A stretch of DNA of 64,000 nucleotides from IMG/VR virus record IMGVR_UViG_3300008108_000039, positions 103,480 through 167,479 of that record. One strand, given 5' to 3'. Origin of the DNA: a virus. The notes below the pieces were generated by a model, which did not search any database, was not told where the DNA came from, and was given only the letters and a program-made list of their open reading frames with translations. Shown here piece by piece: positions 30,123 to 40,087 of this stretch; position 1 is the stretch's first letter; the number at the start of each line of letters is the position of its first letter. The translations under genes were made by a program, and so were the position numbers.

Positions 30123-31592
30123 TTATTTTTTAGTATGTAAATAATCATTTTCTATTTCTTCAAATTCGTCTTCATATTCTTTTATAATCATAATGTCAAC
30201 TGGTATAGGATTAACTATATTAAATGTTTCTTCTTCAAGTTGATTGCTAAGTTTATTCATAAATTTAGGAGTAAAAAACAATTCAGCATCTTCAGCTTTT
30301 GCTCTCATTACTACAGGTATTCCTTTTTTTCTTTCAGCTGTACTCATAGCAAAGGTAGCAGCATTATAGTAATTTGTACTCCAAGATGATACTTTTCTAC
30401 GAGAAGAATATTCTTGATTGGGTATAATAATATTTTGTCCTATTATATCTATATTAGGTTCTTTTGATAATCTTTCTAATGCATCTTTATTAATAACAGT
30501 TCCTCTATAAATGTAACCACTAACTTTTGGATCTCCTATTTCAGGATATTGTTTTTTTATTGTTTTAAATATTGGGATATAGTTATCTAAATTTATATTA
30601 GAATAAGTAGATTCTTCAGAATCAGCATATTGTTTAAGAAAATTAAATAATGATTTTTCAGCAGTAGTATCAGATTCTACTTCATTGTCATACCATCCTA
30701 TTTTAACTCCGGAATCTTTATCCCCAAATAAATAATTTCCAAATTTTTTAGCTTCGTATATACTGTTATTTATTTTACCAAAATTTCTTAATAAGACACC
30801 AGCCATTGCATTTGCTTCATCCTCAATAGGGGAACCTGTTTCTCCACTTTTAGAATCAAGTCTACCATCTTCTTCTTGTTTACGATGAACTAATTCATGA
30901 GCTAATGTTCTTAAAATATCAGCCATGTTTCTATTTTTAACATAAACCCATATTTTATTACTATTTGGATCAAAGTAACCAAAACTACATTTTTCTTTAG
31001 CTTTATCATTATTGTATGATAATGTTAAACTGCTAGGAAGTTTTTTTAATTCTAAATTTTTTATACTATATTTAATGAATTCACCAATAGTTCCTGTTTG
31101 TTCTTCATTAAGACGTTGTATTTTTGATTGTAAATTTTCTTTTAAAAAAATATGATTAGATTCTGATATACCTAACGTCCCTATTAATACTGTAGGTTTT
31201 ATTTCTAATGCTCTATAAATCATCAATTGTGTATTACTAGCAACCAAATAATATTTACCTTCACCGTATTCTAAAACCATTGGCAAAGGTAGTTGTTCTT
31301 CATTTTTAATAGCATTAAATATAGGTTTCCAATTTTTTACTAATTTATCAATTTGTTTTAAACTTTTAATTTTATATGAATTTGTATTTTCTAATTTAGA
31401 CCAAATATTATCAGATAATAAAACTTCATTTCCTGTTTCAAAAGCATACTGTAAATCATCAACTTTCACATTAAATATTTCAGATGTATGATTTAATTCA
31501 CTTAATTTGCTTTGTATTAAACTTTGATATCTACTTGGGGAAGGGTCTTGTTCTTCTAATATTATATTGGCTATATATTGTCCTAAATTCAT
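30123..31592 (-). CDS. Multidomain protein: ParB-like + HExxH zincin + ADP-ribosyltransferase-like
   Basis: LPLPMV...YYLVASNTQ (ParB/Srx-like); LRTLAHELVH...EDEANA (zincin); IYRG...SSWSTN...EEE (R-S-E ART pattern). Confidence 0.65.
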   Translation of the reverse strand: MNLGQYIANIILEEQDPSPSRYQSLIQSKLSELNHTSEIFNVKVDDLQYAFETGNEVLLSDNIWSKLENTNSYKIKSLKQIDKLVKNWKPIFNAIKNEEQLPLPMVLEYGEGKYYLVASNTQLMIYRALEIKPTVLIGTLGISESNHIFLKENLQSKIQRLNEEQTGTIGEFIKYSIKNLELKKLPSSLTLSYNNDKAKEKCSFGYFDPNSNKIWVYVKNRNMADILRTLAHELVHRKQEEDGRLDSKSGETGSPIEDEANAMAGVLLRNFGKINNSIYEAKKFGNYLFGDKDSGVKIGWYDNEVESDTTAEKSLFNFLKQYADSEESTYSNINLDNYIPIFKTIKKQYPEIGDPKVSGYIYRGTVINKDALERLSKEPNIDIIGQNIIIPNQEYSSRRKVSSWSTNYYNAATFAMSTAERKKGIPVVMRAKAEDAELFFTPKFMNKLSNQLEEETFNIVNPIPVDIMIIKEYEDEFEEIENDYLHTKK

Positions 31593-31617
31593 AATAATTA
31601 ATTATACATAAATGTAA

Positions 31618-31648
31618 ATAGGTGACTTAGATAAACTAAATCACCTAT
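31618..31648 (-). terminator. Imperfect intergenic hairpin, possible terminator
   Basis: ATAGGTGA...TCACCTAT arms downstream of the exonuclease gene. Confidence 0.45.
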
Positions 31649-31672
31649 AAATATATATATTTCTAATGCTAT

Positions 31673-32458
31673 TTATACGTTAATTTTAATACTTGTTGGT
31701 AGTAATTCAGTAGCTGGTTTAAAGTCTGGGTTTTCTAGTTTATATATTTCGTATATATTTTTGAACATATTAAAATTAGTAGCAATATTATCTATGGCTT
31801 TTAATTGCCATCCTTTACCTTGTATGTTATCTCCTTTTCCTTCACCACGAGTAGCAGCTTTTAACCACAATATTCCTGTTCTTTCAATAAGATTATCATG
31901 AGTTTCATTCCAAGCTATAGCATAAGCTGCTAACTGCAAATCATGACTAGTATGAAGTGAATTTGATGTTTTAATATCTATTAACCATAATTGGTTATTT
32001 ATTTTTACTATTAAGTCTGCGGTTCCTGCGAATTTATGAGCATCGGAAAATAAATGATATTCTGTTGTTACTAATTCTGGCTTATGTGTATTCCAAAACT
32101 CAGCAAATTTTAAAATCATTTTCCAAACATCTAAACTATATTGAGCTTCACCATATTCATTAATCCATGGGATTTCATTACCATTTAAAAATGATTCTAT
32201 AGCGTTGTGTACTTGAGTACCTTCAGCAGCAGCTTTAGAAGCAATAACATCACTATTATGTCCTACATCTTTAAGCCAATTATGAAAAAACTGGTTTTTA
32301 GGAAAATAATTTAAAATTGATGTTACGGAAGGATAATATTCACCATTACGCCTATAAAATCGTGAGTCTAAAACATTAATTTGTTTATCTCCTTCAGAAT
32401 ATTCAACAATACGTTTTATTCTAGGATCTTTTATAATATTTGCATTTTTATCAATCAT
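31673..32458 (-). CDS. PD-(D/E)XK exonuclease (Cas4/lambda-exo-like)
   Basis: YPSVTSIL, EGTQVH, FAGTADL, IDIKTS, LQLAAYA. Confidence 0.9.
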   Translation of the reverse strand: MIDKNANIIKDPRIKRIVEYSEGDKQINVLDSRFYRRNGEYYPSVTSILNYFPKNQFFHNWLKDVGHNSDVIASKAAAEGTQVHNAIESFLNGNEIPWINEYGEAQYSLDVWKMILKFAEFWNTHKPELVTTEYHLFSDAHKFAGTADLIVKINNQLWLIDIKTSNSLHTSHDLQLAAYAIAWNETHDNLIERTGILWLKAATRGEGKGDNIQGKGWQLKAIDNIATNFNMFKNIYEIYKLENPDFKPATELLPTSIKINV

Positions 32459-33396
32459 ATTAATTGTAATTTTTTTTCAAGCAAACTTTGTAATGTTAAA
32501 GGTTTAGTTTGCCCAATAGTGTTTAAAAATACTTCAAAACCAATCTCATTAGCATCTTTACCTTCTAATTCTACCATGTAAACTTCTTTACCAAATGACA
32601 TAAGTTTTTCAGCATGCTTTAGAGCATCTTTTTTAGCATCATTGTCTAATGCAATATATATTCTATCTACAGAAGATTTAACTAATTTTTCCATTAGTTT
32701 ATCATGTAATACTTTTCCTAATAAAGGAATACAATTGCGTTTAATTGTTATAGCATCAAACATACCTTCACAAAGTATAATAGGTGCATCCCAATTTATA
32801 TATAATTCAAAACCTATAATGTCTTTAGAAGACACAGGTGGATTTTTATATTTTCTTAAAGAAGGTTCTTTATAATCTCTAGCTGTAAAATAATTTAATA
32901 TTCCATTAGCATCATAAGATGGAATTATTATTCTACCTTCATATTTTCCATCTTTACAAAATCCTATGTTATATTTTATAATATCGTCTTTAGTAATATT
33001 TCTTTTTTTTAAAAATTTTAAAGCATGTTTAGATTCAATTTGTGCTATTTTATCTTCAACTGGTTTTGATAGGGGTATAAATTCTTGAGGAAGTGTTAGT
33101 GAGGTATAGGGTATATGTTCTTCTTTATTTGCGGGTTGGATTAATAAATCCAAATCTTTAAATTTATCAGGAGAAGTATTAATTCTTTTAAATAATGAAC
33201 GTATAGTTTTACCTTTAGCATTGCATATCCAACAATGCCAAAAATTTTCACGTTTTGATGTAGTTTGTAAAGATACTTCTAGTTTATTTTTGTGGTGTAA
33301 ACAAAAAGGACATTTGAAAGCATAATTACCTTTACTTGTAGCTTGACTTTTACCTAAAACAGATTCTACTAATACTAGTAGGGCAGTATTTTCCAT
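32455..33396 (-). CDS. DNA primase (Zn finger + TOPRIM)
   Basis: CPFC...HCWIC, RIIIP, KYKNP, CEGMFDA, LDNDA, KDANE. Confidence 0.92.
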   Translation of the reverse strand: MENTALLVLVESVLGKSQATSKGNYAFKCPFCLHHKNKLEVSLQTTSKRENFWHCWICNAKGKTIRSLFKRINTSPDKFKDLDLLIQPANKEEHIPYTSLTLPQEFIPLSKPVEDKIAQIESKHALKFLKKRNITKDDIIKYNIGFCKDGKYEGRIIIPSYDANGILNYFTARDYKEPSLRKYKNPPVSSKDIIGFELYINWDAPIILCEGMFDAITIKRNCIPLLGKVLHDKLMEKLVKSSVDRIYIALDNDAKKDALKHAEKLMSFGKEVYMVELEGKDANEIGFEVFLNTIGQTKPLTLQSLLEKKLQLI

Positions 33397-33413
33397 AGGG
33401 GAAATATAAGATC

Positions 33414-33854
33414 TTATTTTGACTCTAACAAATCCTTAGTAAAAAATTTACCTAATATGTTATCATTATAAGATCTATCTTTACTAAATAGCACTTCTTC
33501 TTTGCATTGATAATGCATTTCATAATAAGTTAGTGCTTTTTTAGTTTTACATTGCATTAAAATCCAACATTCAAAATTATTTCCACCATATTCTTTAATA
33601 TCAGCAAGTAGTTGTTTATTTGACCCCCAATAAATCTTCCAATCACTTTCAGTACGAATTACTTCATGTGTTGGTTTACGACCAGGTCCTGTTTGCTCAG
33701 CAAGTTGTTTTTTAGTAAGTTTATGTTTTTTGTTATTCCAATAAACTTTTTTACCAATATAAAATTTTCCAGTTATGTTATTGGTAATTTTATAAACAAA
33801 ACCATGATATTTTTCAGGCTCAATTGGTGCCCAACTTTTCCATTTAAGTGTCAT
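33414..33854 (-). CDS. GIY-YIG endonuclease
   Basis: GFVYKITNNITGKFYIGKK, ESDWKIYWGS, YNDNI. Confidence 0.85.
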   Translation of the reverse strand: MTLKWKSWAPIEPEKYHGFVYKITNNITGKFYIGKKVYWNNKKHKLTKKQLAEQTGPGRKPTHEVIRTESDWKIYWGSNKQLLADIKEYGGNNFECWILMQCKTKKALTYYEMHYQCKEEVLFSKDRSYNDNILGKFFTKDLLESK

Positions 33855-34164
33855 ATTTTATAACGAATGTCATGTCTGTGTTAGGAGATATTAATATAGG
33901 TTTACCAAATTTAGCTACAGCTAATAATTCATTGTCATCATTATATAGGCCTATAGCTGTAGTATATGGATTAAATTCAGAGCCAGATGGTAAAGATCCA
34001 GTAGCAAAATATTTTAAAGATCCACTAGCATAACTACCTTCTACTAAAGTTGGATTATATGATAAATTATAATCACTTTCTCTAACTAAGCAACGTACTT
34101 CGTTTTCGTAAACGATATGTTCGTTTTTAAAAGTTAAAGCAAAAGATCCTGTATGTGTTGGCAT
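33844..34164 (-). CDS. Baseplate-type structural protein, C-terminal module
   Basis: IGLYNDDNELLAVAKFGKP matches VGMYNDNNELLAVAKLSKP at the C-terminus of 45418..46398. Confidence 0.75.
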   Translation of the reverse strand: MPTHTGSFALTFKNEHIVYENEVRCLVRESDYNLSYNPTLVEGSYASGSLKYFATGSLPSGSEFNPYTTAIGLYNDDNELLAVAKFGKPILISPNTDMTFVIKYDT

Positions 34165-34173
34165 TTTATTTAA

Positions 34174-34926
34174 TTAACATTGTGTACTAGCTTGTGATCC
34201 TACTTCACCAGTATTTGTATCTAAATTATAAGTAATAAAATATACATCATCACGAACAAATGAATATCCTTGAATCACACTCATAAGATTAATACTAGAA
34301 TATAATATCATTCCTGGTTGTAAACCTGAGCTTAGGTATAAACTATAATCTGTTGAATTAAGATATGCAAAACTATAACCAGCAATACATATAGAATTGG
34401 CATCATTATTTAATTGAACATAAATAAAGTTACCAGGAGCTGTTGATGGTGATGGTGTAATTGATGGTGTTCTTGATGGAGTAACAGTAATTGAAGGTGT
34501 TGGTGTCGGGGTAACATTCAATGATAATGATGGAGTTACTGATGGTGTTCTAGTAGGAGTTGGTGTAGGAGTTCTACTAACAGTTCTAGAAGGAGTAATA
34601 CTTGGAGTAACAGTAACAGATACTGTTCTAGAAGGTGTTATAGAAGGTGTTACAGTTATAGAAGGAGTTCTAGTTGGAGTTGGTGTTGGGCTTGGTGAAA
34701 CTGCAACTACTGTTAAGGTTTGTTGATTCCCACAAGCTTCATTATCATTTACTACAATAAAAACAGTGTCACTATTATCAGGTACAGAATAAAATCTACC
34801 TGCTTGTAATTGAGCAAATGTTAAACCACTCTCTAACCTATTAGCAAGAGATACAGAACTTGTATAAACACTATAAGGTCCATTAGCAGTACCAGAAGAT
34901 AAATATAAATAAACAGATTGTGGCAA
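34174..34926 (-). CDS. Mucin-like Thr/Pro/Ser-repeat protein (putative virion glycoprotein)
   Basis: TTG start. Central [11 protein letters not shown]-type repeats flanked by small Cys-containing domains. Late-type motif directly upstream. Confidence 0.75.
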   Translation of the reverse strand: MPQSVYLYLSSGTANGPYSVYTSSVSLANRLESGLTFAQLQAGRFYSVPDNSDTVFIVVNDNEACGNQQTLTVVAVSPSPTPTPTRTPSITVTPSITPSRTVSVTVTPSITPSRTVSRTPTPTPTRTPSVTPSLSLNVTPTPTPSITVTPSRTPSITPSPSTAPGNFIYVQLNNDANSICIAGYSFAYLNSTDYSLYLSSGLQPGMILYSSINLMSVIQGYSFVRDDVYFITYNLDTNTGEVGSQASTQC

Positions 34927-34948
34927 GTTATATTATTTTATATAAATA

Positions 34949-36643
34949 TTAATTTTCACGTCTTTCTTCAGGTTTATACCATACTATTCGATTGTGATTG
35001 ATAGGAGATGCTAATAATATTGCAGGTTTTAAATTACCTTTACGAGTTTCTTGAAACATATAGCTCATCCATGTTTGTTCATAAGGATGTGCCCATTTAG
35101 TATCAAGAAACATTTTTTTATTACCTTCTTTACTTACAATCATAGGCCAATTAGCATAATATATTTCACCTGTAATGTAACTTAATTCATCTAATACTTC
35201 AATTTTATTAAATTGAGTACGAGGAGCATTAGGATCTAAACCATTTATTGGTAATTTTGAATAATAAGGCCATATTTCTTCCCTAATATTTTGAGGAACA
35301 TTATACCAAGATACTTGAATATTGTTATCCATGTATACTTCTGTATATGACAATTTAAGAAAATCAAATTTTTCCTTAAGCATTATTTTATGGATTTTAT
35401 CATATAAATTAGGGATATATTGTCTAAATCCATTTCTACAGAATTTACCTTCCATAGATAAATCATGCAAACACATATCATCCTCTAAAAACACATAATA
35501 ATCGCTATCTGACTCAGCAAAATGTTCTGCTACAATTTGACGTCCACCACATATACCGCCGTTTTTACCGGTTATTATGTGCTCGAATCCATATTTATCT
35601 GCTATTATTTTATTATCAATTCGCGCTTGTTCATCTGTAGAGTTATCAATTAATATTTTGCGAGTTTTATCTAACCATTTAGGATGTTTTTCATAACTAG
35701 ATAATATTGTTTGTAATTGTTGAGGAAAATTAAATGTTAAAATGTATAATGATGTTTTAATATTATCTAAAGATAAACTAGGTTGAGCATATTGTATTCG
35801 TTTTTCGGGTATAGGCTCTAACTGAACTTTTTCTTCATCTAATGCTTGAATAAATTTAATTATTAATCCATTTTCATCAAGAGCAAAACGTCTATATTTT
35901 TCAGGTTGTAAATAAGACATTATAAGAAATATACTTTCTTCAGTTCCCATTAATCCTTCTGATAGTGATCTATCTACTAAAGAATAATAAAGTCCATTAG
36001 CTTCATGTATAGCTTCTTTAGTTCCACCAAATAATCCACCTCTACAAACCCATTTTGCAGTATCATTACAGTATTTATTTATTTCTTTAAATTTAAAACC
36101 ATGAATTTCATCTGTAGATTCATATGGGTATGATAAAAATAAAAATGGATTTAAATAAGAAGTAATTTTATCTAATACTTTTTGTTCTACAAAATATTTC
36201 TCATAAACTGTATTTGTAATACCTGCATCTAACCAGATAAAGTAATTAGTATTAAATGGATTCCAAATAGTAGAATCATGTAACATAAACATTTTAGACA
36301 TTACAATTGGATTATACCATTCATTAGATGCTTGAGGACTATTAGGTAACCATCCTCCAGGACCTGTCAAATTAAGCCATTCAGGATTAGTTCTTATTTG
36401 TTGAGTTTTATCCCAAAAAGGAGAATACAATCTTTTTACATCATCTAATTCATATATTTTTACAAAAGTATTTTCTTTTGAACGTTTAGTCCAAACTAAA
36501 TGTTCATATTCTTTAGGAATAAAGATAATTAAATTAGCATCTATATCTAAAAAATGATTAAAATGATGAATATAATGATCAAAAGATCGTCCTGGTCTAC
36601 TTATATTCCACAATCCTGTTACTATGGTTAAATCTTTATTCAT
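34949..36643 (-). CDS. HtrL/YibB-like glycosyltransferase fused to a GT-A (GT2-like) domain
   Basis: TIVTGLW, SKMFML, NPFNTNYFIWLDAG, GGLFGG, GTEE; second domain with YILTFN, IDNS, NGGICGGR, FLEDD. Confidence 0.8.
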   Translation of the reverse strand: MNKDLTIVTGLWNISRPGRSFDHYIHHFNHFLDIDANLIIFIPKEYEHLVWTKRSKENTFVKIYELDDVKRLYSPFWDKTQQIRTNPEWLNLTGPGGWLPNSPQASNEWYNPIVMSKMFMLHDSTIWNPFNTNYFIWLDAGITNTVYEKYFVEQKVLDKITSYLNPFLFLSYPYESTDEIHGFKFKEINKYCNDTAKWVCRGGLFGGTKEAIHEANGLYYSLVDRSLSEGLMGTEESIFLIMSYLQPEKYRRFALDENGLIIKFIQALDEEKVQLEPIPEKRIQYAQPSLSLDNIKTSLYILTFNFPQQLQTILSSYEKHPKWLDKTRKILIDNSTDEQARIDNKIIADKYGFEHIITGKNGGICGGRQIVAEHFAESDSDYYVFLEDDMCLHDLSMEGKFCRNGFRQYIPNLYDKIHKIMLKEKFDFLKLSYTEVYMDNNIQVSWYNVPQNIREEIWPYYSKLPINGLDPNAPRTQFNKIEVLDELSYITGEIYYANWPMIVSKEGNKKMFLDTKWAHPYEQTWMSYMFQETRKGNLKPAILLASPINHNRIVWYKPEERREN

Positions 36644-37450
36644 TTATTTTAAATAACCCTTTTGTACAAAATACATATAATTTTCATCTATTTTATTATG
36701 TCTAAATAAATTACAACCTTCCAATCCTTCATGAGAAGTATGTCTTAATACAGGAAAAGTTTCAACTCCACCTCTTTGAGTCCATTCTTCATGTGTTATT
36801 AAAGGTGTATCATGTTCATAAAAAGTAACTAAACGTGATATTCCTTGTTTAGACATATAAGCAGACACTACAATATCATCGGACCATGATTTATCAACAA
36901 AATCAGTAAAAAAATCATCTTCAAACCATTTACGTCTATAAGATATTGTTTTATAGTGTTGTAAATGATTAACATATACATTTTTAAAAACAGATACTAC
37001 ATAATAATTTCTAACATCATCAAACACTGTTGGATCTTCTGCTCTAACTCCGTCATACCCAACAGCTGTATTTGGGAATCTATATTGATTTTTTACTTGT
37101 TCATCTACCATTTTAGGATGGTAAACCAAATCATCATCGCAAACAATAATAATAGCTTCAGGGTCATCAACACGTTTAATAGTATGAGCTAATTTAGTAA
37201 TTGAACCTAAATCTTCTAATCCTTCAAATATTTTAAATTTAGGATTATTAACAGATAATTCTCTTAACCATCCAGGAATAATATATTCTTCCCCAGTTTG
37301 TTTATAAACACCAGGCACATTAAAGTGAATTTCATATTCGCCTTCATAATCCTGATTAATAAGTGAACTAATGTTACTTTTAATTCCAGAATCATAGTCT
37401 TGAGTTATTCTACTTGGAATTGTTGTTAATGTTACAATTACTTTATCCAT
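36644..37450 (-). CDS. GT-A fold glycosyltransferase
   Basis: VIVTLTTIPSR, DLGSITKL, IIVCDDDLVY, SDDIVVS. Confidence 0.8.
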   Translation of the reverse strand: MDKVIVTLTTIPSRITQDYDSGIKSNISSLINQDYEGEYEIHFNVPGVYKQTGEEYIIPGWLRELSVNNPKFKIFEGLEDLGSITKLAHTIKRVDDPEAIIIVCDDDLVYHPKMVDEQVKNQYRFPNTAVGYDGVRAEDPTVFDDVRNYYVVSVFKNVYVNHLQHYKTISYRRKWFEDDFFTDFVDKSWSDDIVVSAYMSKQGISRLVTFYEHDTPLITHEEWTQRGGVETFPVLRHTSHEGLEGCNLFRHNKIDENYMYFVQKGYLK

Positions 37451-38291
37451 TTTTTTCTATATATATTATATCGTGATTTTGTAATAATTGATAAATAAAA
37501 TCTTCTGCTCTTCCATATGAATCTCCGCTTTTTTGTCTAAATTCCCAAAAACCTGAATTAGGATAAGGTAAACTATATTTAATTGGGAATGAATATGCAG
37601 GACGACCATATTCATTTACTGGTCTCCAGTCTGTTTCTTGGTCCCATGTTACACATCTAAAATCAATTTGGTGTTTTTTACAATAATACCCCATAAGAGT
37701 ATCATCATTGTCACTAGATAATAATAATTCTCTATTAAAATCTTCTTTAAAATATTTCCTTTTATAACTAGCTGAATGCCAATGACCAGGTACGGTTAAT
37801 TGAAGATCATATTTGACAGGAAAATAAAAATGAGTTGTTCTTAATACATATTTTTTAATGTTATCTTCTTCCCATTCTCTTTTTTCAACAGGAGTATCAC
37901 CTCTAAAAACAATAACTGAATTAGGGTATTGTTTTAATTTTTTTAAATGGTATTCTAACATATCTTCATGATATACATGATCATCATCACATATAATTAA
38001 TATATCTTCAGGATCTTGTGATATATCTAGAACACCAGTAATTTTAACTATAGGACCAAAATCTTCATCTACTCTATGTATAATTAGTTTAGAATTTTGC
38101 AAAGCAAATTGCTTTAAGTTATCATTTATAATATATTCTTCATCATTATTATTTTTATAATAATAAGGAATACTTAATACTACTTTATAATCTTTATCAG
38201 TATTTTGATTTAAAAGTGATGTTAAATTTTGTTCAAAAGATTCCCACAAATTTATTCTTATAGGAACTGTTGTTAATGAAATATATATCAT
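37443..38291 (-). CDS. GT-A fold glycosyltransferase, paralog of 36644..37450
   Basis: ISLTTVPIR, DFGPIVKI, IICDDDHVY, NDDTLMG. Confidence 0.8.
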   Translation of the reverse strand: MIYISLTTVPIRINLWESFEQNLTSLLNQNTDKDYKVVLSIPYYYKNNNDEEYIINDNLKQFALQNSKLIIHRVDEDFGPIVKITGVLDISQDPEDILIICDDDHVYHEDMLEYHLKKLKQYPNSVIVFRGDTPVEKREWEEDNIKKYVLRTTHFYFPVKYDLQLTVPGHWHSASYKRKYFKEDFNRELLLSSDNDDTLMGYYCKKHQIDFRCVTWDQETDWRPVNEYGRPAYSFPIKYSLPYPNSGFWEFRQKSGDSYGRAEDFIYQLLQNHDIIYIEKNG

Positions 38292-38292
38292 A

Positions 38293-39090
38293 TTATAATG
38301 TTTTTAAAAAACTTAAATTACATTCTAATGTAGAAGTGTTGTTAGGATAATCTAAATCTTTTATAGGATAATCTTGATTGTCTGGTGTTAATTCTGTAAT
38401 ATATTTTCTATTTACAAATGAAAATTCAGCTACTCTTGGAACTGTATGCCCTTCATATATAAATTCACCTCCCCAATTATTGCCATGAACATGTGTTAAA
38501 ATAAAGTGTTTATTAAGTTTTTCCATCATTGTTACAAATCTTTCTTGGTTTTGTGGTTGTTCTAACCAATGTACTTCAACTACAATTCCACAAACAAATG
38601 TTGCTAAATCATCAATATCAGCATGAATAAAATAATCATATTCTGCCCCTTCTGTATCAATTTTTAAAAATATATCACCTTCAATTTTAAATTCATTATA
38701 ATGTTCTCTAACGTCTTTAACACTTAAAGTATCAGATAAATTTTTAACAGTTTCAGAAATTACTTCTAATGCTTTTCTAAGCTTTTTTATTTTAGTTATA
38801 CTTTTATCTTCATTTAAATCACTAAGTGCTTTAGCTAAAATATTTTTTCTTATATCTAATTCTTGAAGTAAACTTAATTCTTTATCATTATTTGGTTTAT
38901 TTGAGCCTAACCCTTCAGGATAAAAATATTGTTCACCTTGACCATAACTTTTATCACCACCATAACCATAAGTAAATAACGTAGTACATTGTTTAAGTAC
39001 TATTTCTGATGCAACATAACCACCATCGCTTTTATTACCTAAGCGAATTTTTGGGGAATTAATTTTGTAAGGTTTAAAATATTTTAACAT
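38293..39090 (-). CDS. FkbM-type SAM methyltransferase (probable glycan O-methyltransferase)
   Basis: RLGNKSDGGYV, LKIDTEGAEY, VVEVH, HVHGNNWG, EFSFVNR, YPIKDLD.P. Confidence 0.8.
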   Translation of the reverse strand: MLKYFKPYKINSPKIRLGNKSDGGYVASEIVLKQCTTLFTYGYGGDKSYGQGEQYFYPEGLGSNKPNNDKELSLLQELDIRKNILAKALSDLNEDKSITKIKKLRKALEVISETVKNLSDTLSVKDVREHYNEFKIEGDIFLKIDTEGAEYDYFIHADIDDLATFVCGIVVEVHWLEQPQNQERFVTMMEKLNKHFILTHVHGNNWGGEFIYEGHTVPRVAEFSFVNRKYITELTPDNQDYPIKDLDYPNNTSTLECNLSFLKTL

Positions 39091-39100
39091 AATTATTAAT

Positions 39101-40087
39101 TTAATAAGGAAATTCTATAAAATGGTCTTCGTAGTATTTTTTTAATTTGTCATAATTTTTATTTATGAAATCTTGTTTTCCTATCATTGATGGCTCCATA
39201 TTCATACCCCAATTCCAAAATCTATCTTCAGGATATGAGTTTATTTCAAAAGATTTAGTTCTAGAAAAACCAAATTCCTCAGTCCATGGAAAACATTTTA
39301 CATCTAATAAATTAAAAATTATTGATAATATTTGTTCAGATTGTAAATTCCACATGCTGTGTGTTCCTAAGAAAAAATATTCTTCTTTTTTAAGAACTAA
39401 AATATCATAAATAATATTGTTTAATAACTCAAAAAAAGGTTTAATCATTTCTTTATCAGGAAATCTAAGTGTTCTAAAATTACCATCAGTTACTGTAAAA
39501 TAATTAATTATTTCTTTATCTGTTAATTTATATTCATTATTAATATAAGTAGCACATGTTTTTAAAAATTTGCAATTTGTTTCATCATATGAACCTCCAG
39601 CAGGTGTTGAAATTATTTTATTTTCTAAAGACTCTGTAAAATTGGGATACGGATGTGAAGTTATAGGTTTATAAAAATAATTTTCTAATTTTTGATAATA
39701 TTCATCATTTATTACAGGTAAAACATCACAATCCATAAAAATAAATCCTAAATAATTTGTTACATTTTCCCATAAAAATACAAATCGTCTTAATAAAGTA
39801 GGAATTTTTACATTATTTTTTATAAAATATTCAGCATATTCTGCTTCATTATCAATTAATGGAGGTATTTTTTCTAACTCAATAGACCAAGGATAATTTT
39901 TTCGTAATTCATCCAAATTTTTAATAATTAAATTAGGCATAAAAGATACAGACGAAAAATAATCAACATCATCTGTCATTATAAATACATCAAAATATCT
40001 ATATGAAGAACATGTTTTCAGATTATATAATAATCTAGCTTTATGTGTAGGTCCTAAAGCAAATTGAACTATTAGTATTTTATCCAT
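39101..40087 (-). CDS. Putative glycosyltransferase (DxD motif)
   Basis: FIMTDD and FIFMDCDV motifs; located inside the GT cluster. Confidence 0.55.
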   Translation of the reverse strand: MDKILIVQFALGPTHKARLLYNLKTCSSYRYFDVFIMTDDVDYFSSVSFMPNLIIKNLDELRKNYPWSIELEKIPPLIDNEAEYAEYFIKNNVKIPTLLRRFVFLWENVTNYLGFIFMDCDVLPVINDEYYQKLENYFYKPITSHPYPNFTESLENKIISTPAGGSYDETNCKFLKTCATYINNEYKLTDKEIINYFTVTDGNFRTLRFPDKEMIKPFFELLNNIIYDILVLKKEEYFFLGTHSMWNLQSEQILSIIFNLLDVKCFPWTEEFGFSRTKSFEINSYPEDRFWNWGMNMEPSMIGKQDFINKNYDKLKKYYEDHFIEFPY

